Below are positions 63,200-64,000 of a stretch of 64,000 nt of DNA, piece by piece. The translations under genes were made by a program, and so were the position numbers. Position 1 is the first letter of the stretch. Each line of letters begins with the position of its first letter. Source of the stretch: Bordetella parapertussis (lineage in GTDB: Bacteria; Pseudomonadota; Gammaproteobacteria; Burkholderiales; Thiobacillaceae); contig CAMDCO010000004.1 in NCBI GenBank assembly GCA_945890495.1, forward strand, positions 16,833 to 80,832, read 5' to 3'. The notes beneath the pieces are model-generated. The model was given only the letters and a program-made list of their open reading frames with translations, searched no databases and was not told where the DNA came from.

Positions 63200-63265
63200 G
63201 ACTAGACTCCGCCTCTTCGTATTTCAGTAAGCAACGGGCAGCAGATGGAGCCGCCCGTCCAGATT

Positions 63266-64000
63266 TCAACCTGCCGCTTGGGCCGGTTCGGAATAAATTA
63301 GCAAGGGTTTGCCCTCGCCATTCACCACTTTTTCATCGATCACGACCTTGGTGACATTTTCCATACTGGGCAGCTCGAACATCAGGTCCAGCAGGGCATG
63401 CTCAATAATCGAGCGCAGACCGCGTGCACCTGTTTTGCGCTTCAGGGCCTGTTTAGCGATGCCGGATAAGGCCTCATCACGGAACTCCAGCTCGGCGCCT
63501 TCCATCTTGAACAGCTTCTGGAACTGTTTGGTAATCGCGTTCTTGGGCTGGGTCAGGATCTGGATCAAGGCCGCCTCGTCGAGTTCCTCGAGGGTGGCGA
63601 TCACCGGCAGGCGACCGACAAACTCGGGAATCAGACCATATTTAATCAAGTCTTCGGGTTCGACCTTGCGGAACACCTCGGTCAAATCCTTCTTGTCGTT
63701 TTTAGCCTTGATCTCGGCACCAAAACCGATGCTGGAACGCTCGGTCCGGCTACGAATCACCTTCTCCAGACCGCTAAAGGCGCCCCCCACAATGAACAGG
63801 ATGTTCGTTGTGTCCACTTGAATATATTCTTGGTTCGGGTGCTTGCGTCCACCCTGCGGCGGGATCGAGGCCACGGTGCCCTCGATCAGCTTTAGCAAGG
63901 CCTGCTGTACGCCCTCGCCCGAGACATCGCGGGTAATGGAAACATTCTCGCCCTTGCGTGAGATCTTATCAATTTCGTCGATGTAGATGATGCCTCGCTG
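63266..64000 (-). CDS. clpX: ATP-dependent Clp protease ATP-binding subunit ClpX, C-terminal part (5' end outside the window)
   Basis: The frame is open to the window edge. Reads ...[53 protein letters not shown]... Confidence 0.95.
   Translation of the reverse strand, partial: QRGIIYIDEIDKISRKGENVSITRDVSGEGVQQALLKLIEGTVASIPPQGGRKHPNQEYIQVDTTNILFIVGGAFSGLEKVIRSRTERSSIGFGAEIKAKNDKKDLTEVFRKVEPEDLIKYGLIPEFVGRLPVIATLEELDEAALIQILTQPKNAITKQFQKLFKMEGAELEFRDEALSGIAKQALKRKTGARGLRSIIEHALLDLMFELPSMENVTKVVIDEKVVNGEGKPLLIYSEPAQAAG

Overview
About 64 kb of a high-GC (roughly 60-63% by eye) proteobacterial chromosome, gamma/beta-like, with SMC rather than MukB. Most of it is densely packed core genes. These are: a peptide-type ABC transporter tail, mltD-like, ppiD, queF, smc, a DinG/YoaA-like helicase, tsaB-rimI-udg, ugd, the long minus-strand block rpsB-tsf-pyrH-frr-uppS-cdsA-dxr-rseP-bamA-skp-lpxD-fabZ-lpxA-lpxB-rnhB, rarA-lolA, ftsK, trxB, tadA, ispD, mfd, dnaQ-rnhA, gloB, tRNA-Asp/tRNA-Val, hupB, lon and a partial clpX.

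Accessory or unusual content:
1. Three families of GC-rich palindromic repeats. Several copies sit in frame inside conserved genes (ABC ATPase, lpxB, the RND pump).
2. A decayed RAYT/REPtron inserted at the ppiD 3' end.
3. A low-GC (about 48-50%) block at 16.1-20.4 kb. It carries a two-component system divergent from an operon encoding a cytochrome-c'-like protein, a FadL-like porin and a DUF2892 protein.
4. A 6.9-kb heavy-metal RND efflux cluster inserted exactly at the ftsK-lolA junction, with a relic of an ftsK 3' end left in front of lolA.
5. A near-canonical dif (XerC/D) site immediately upstream of ftsK.
6. A 2.2-kb degenerate island between gloB and tRNA-Asp, with an integrase remnant and an AbiEi/AbiEii-type toxin-antitoxin pair, bounded by 121/133-bp direct repeats.

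I do not see a clear-cut novel multigene system. The best candidates for something undescribed are the in-frame palindromic elements, the low-GC sensor/cytochrome/porin module, the translationally overlapped helicase plus signal-peptide HIRAN pair, and the extra His-rich proteins in the RND operon. All calls rest on reading the translations and sequence by eye; no database search was run.
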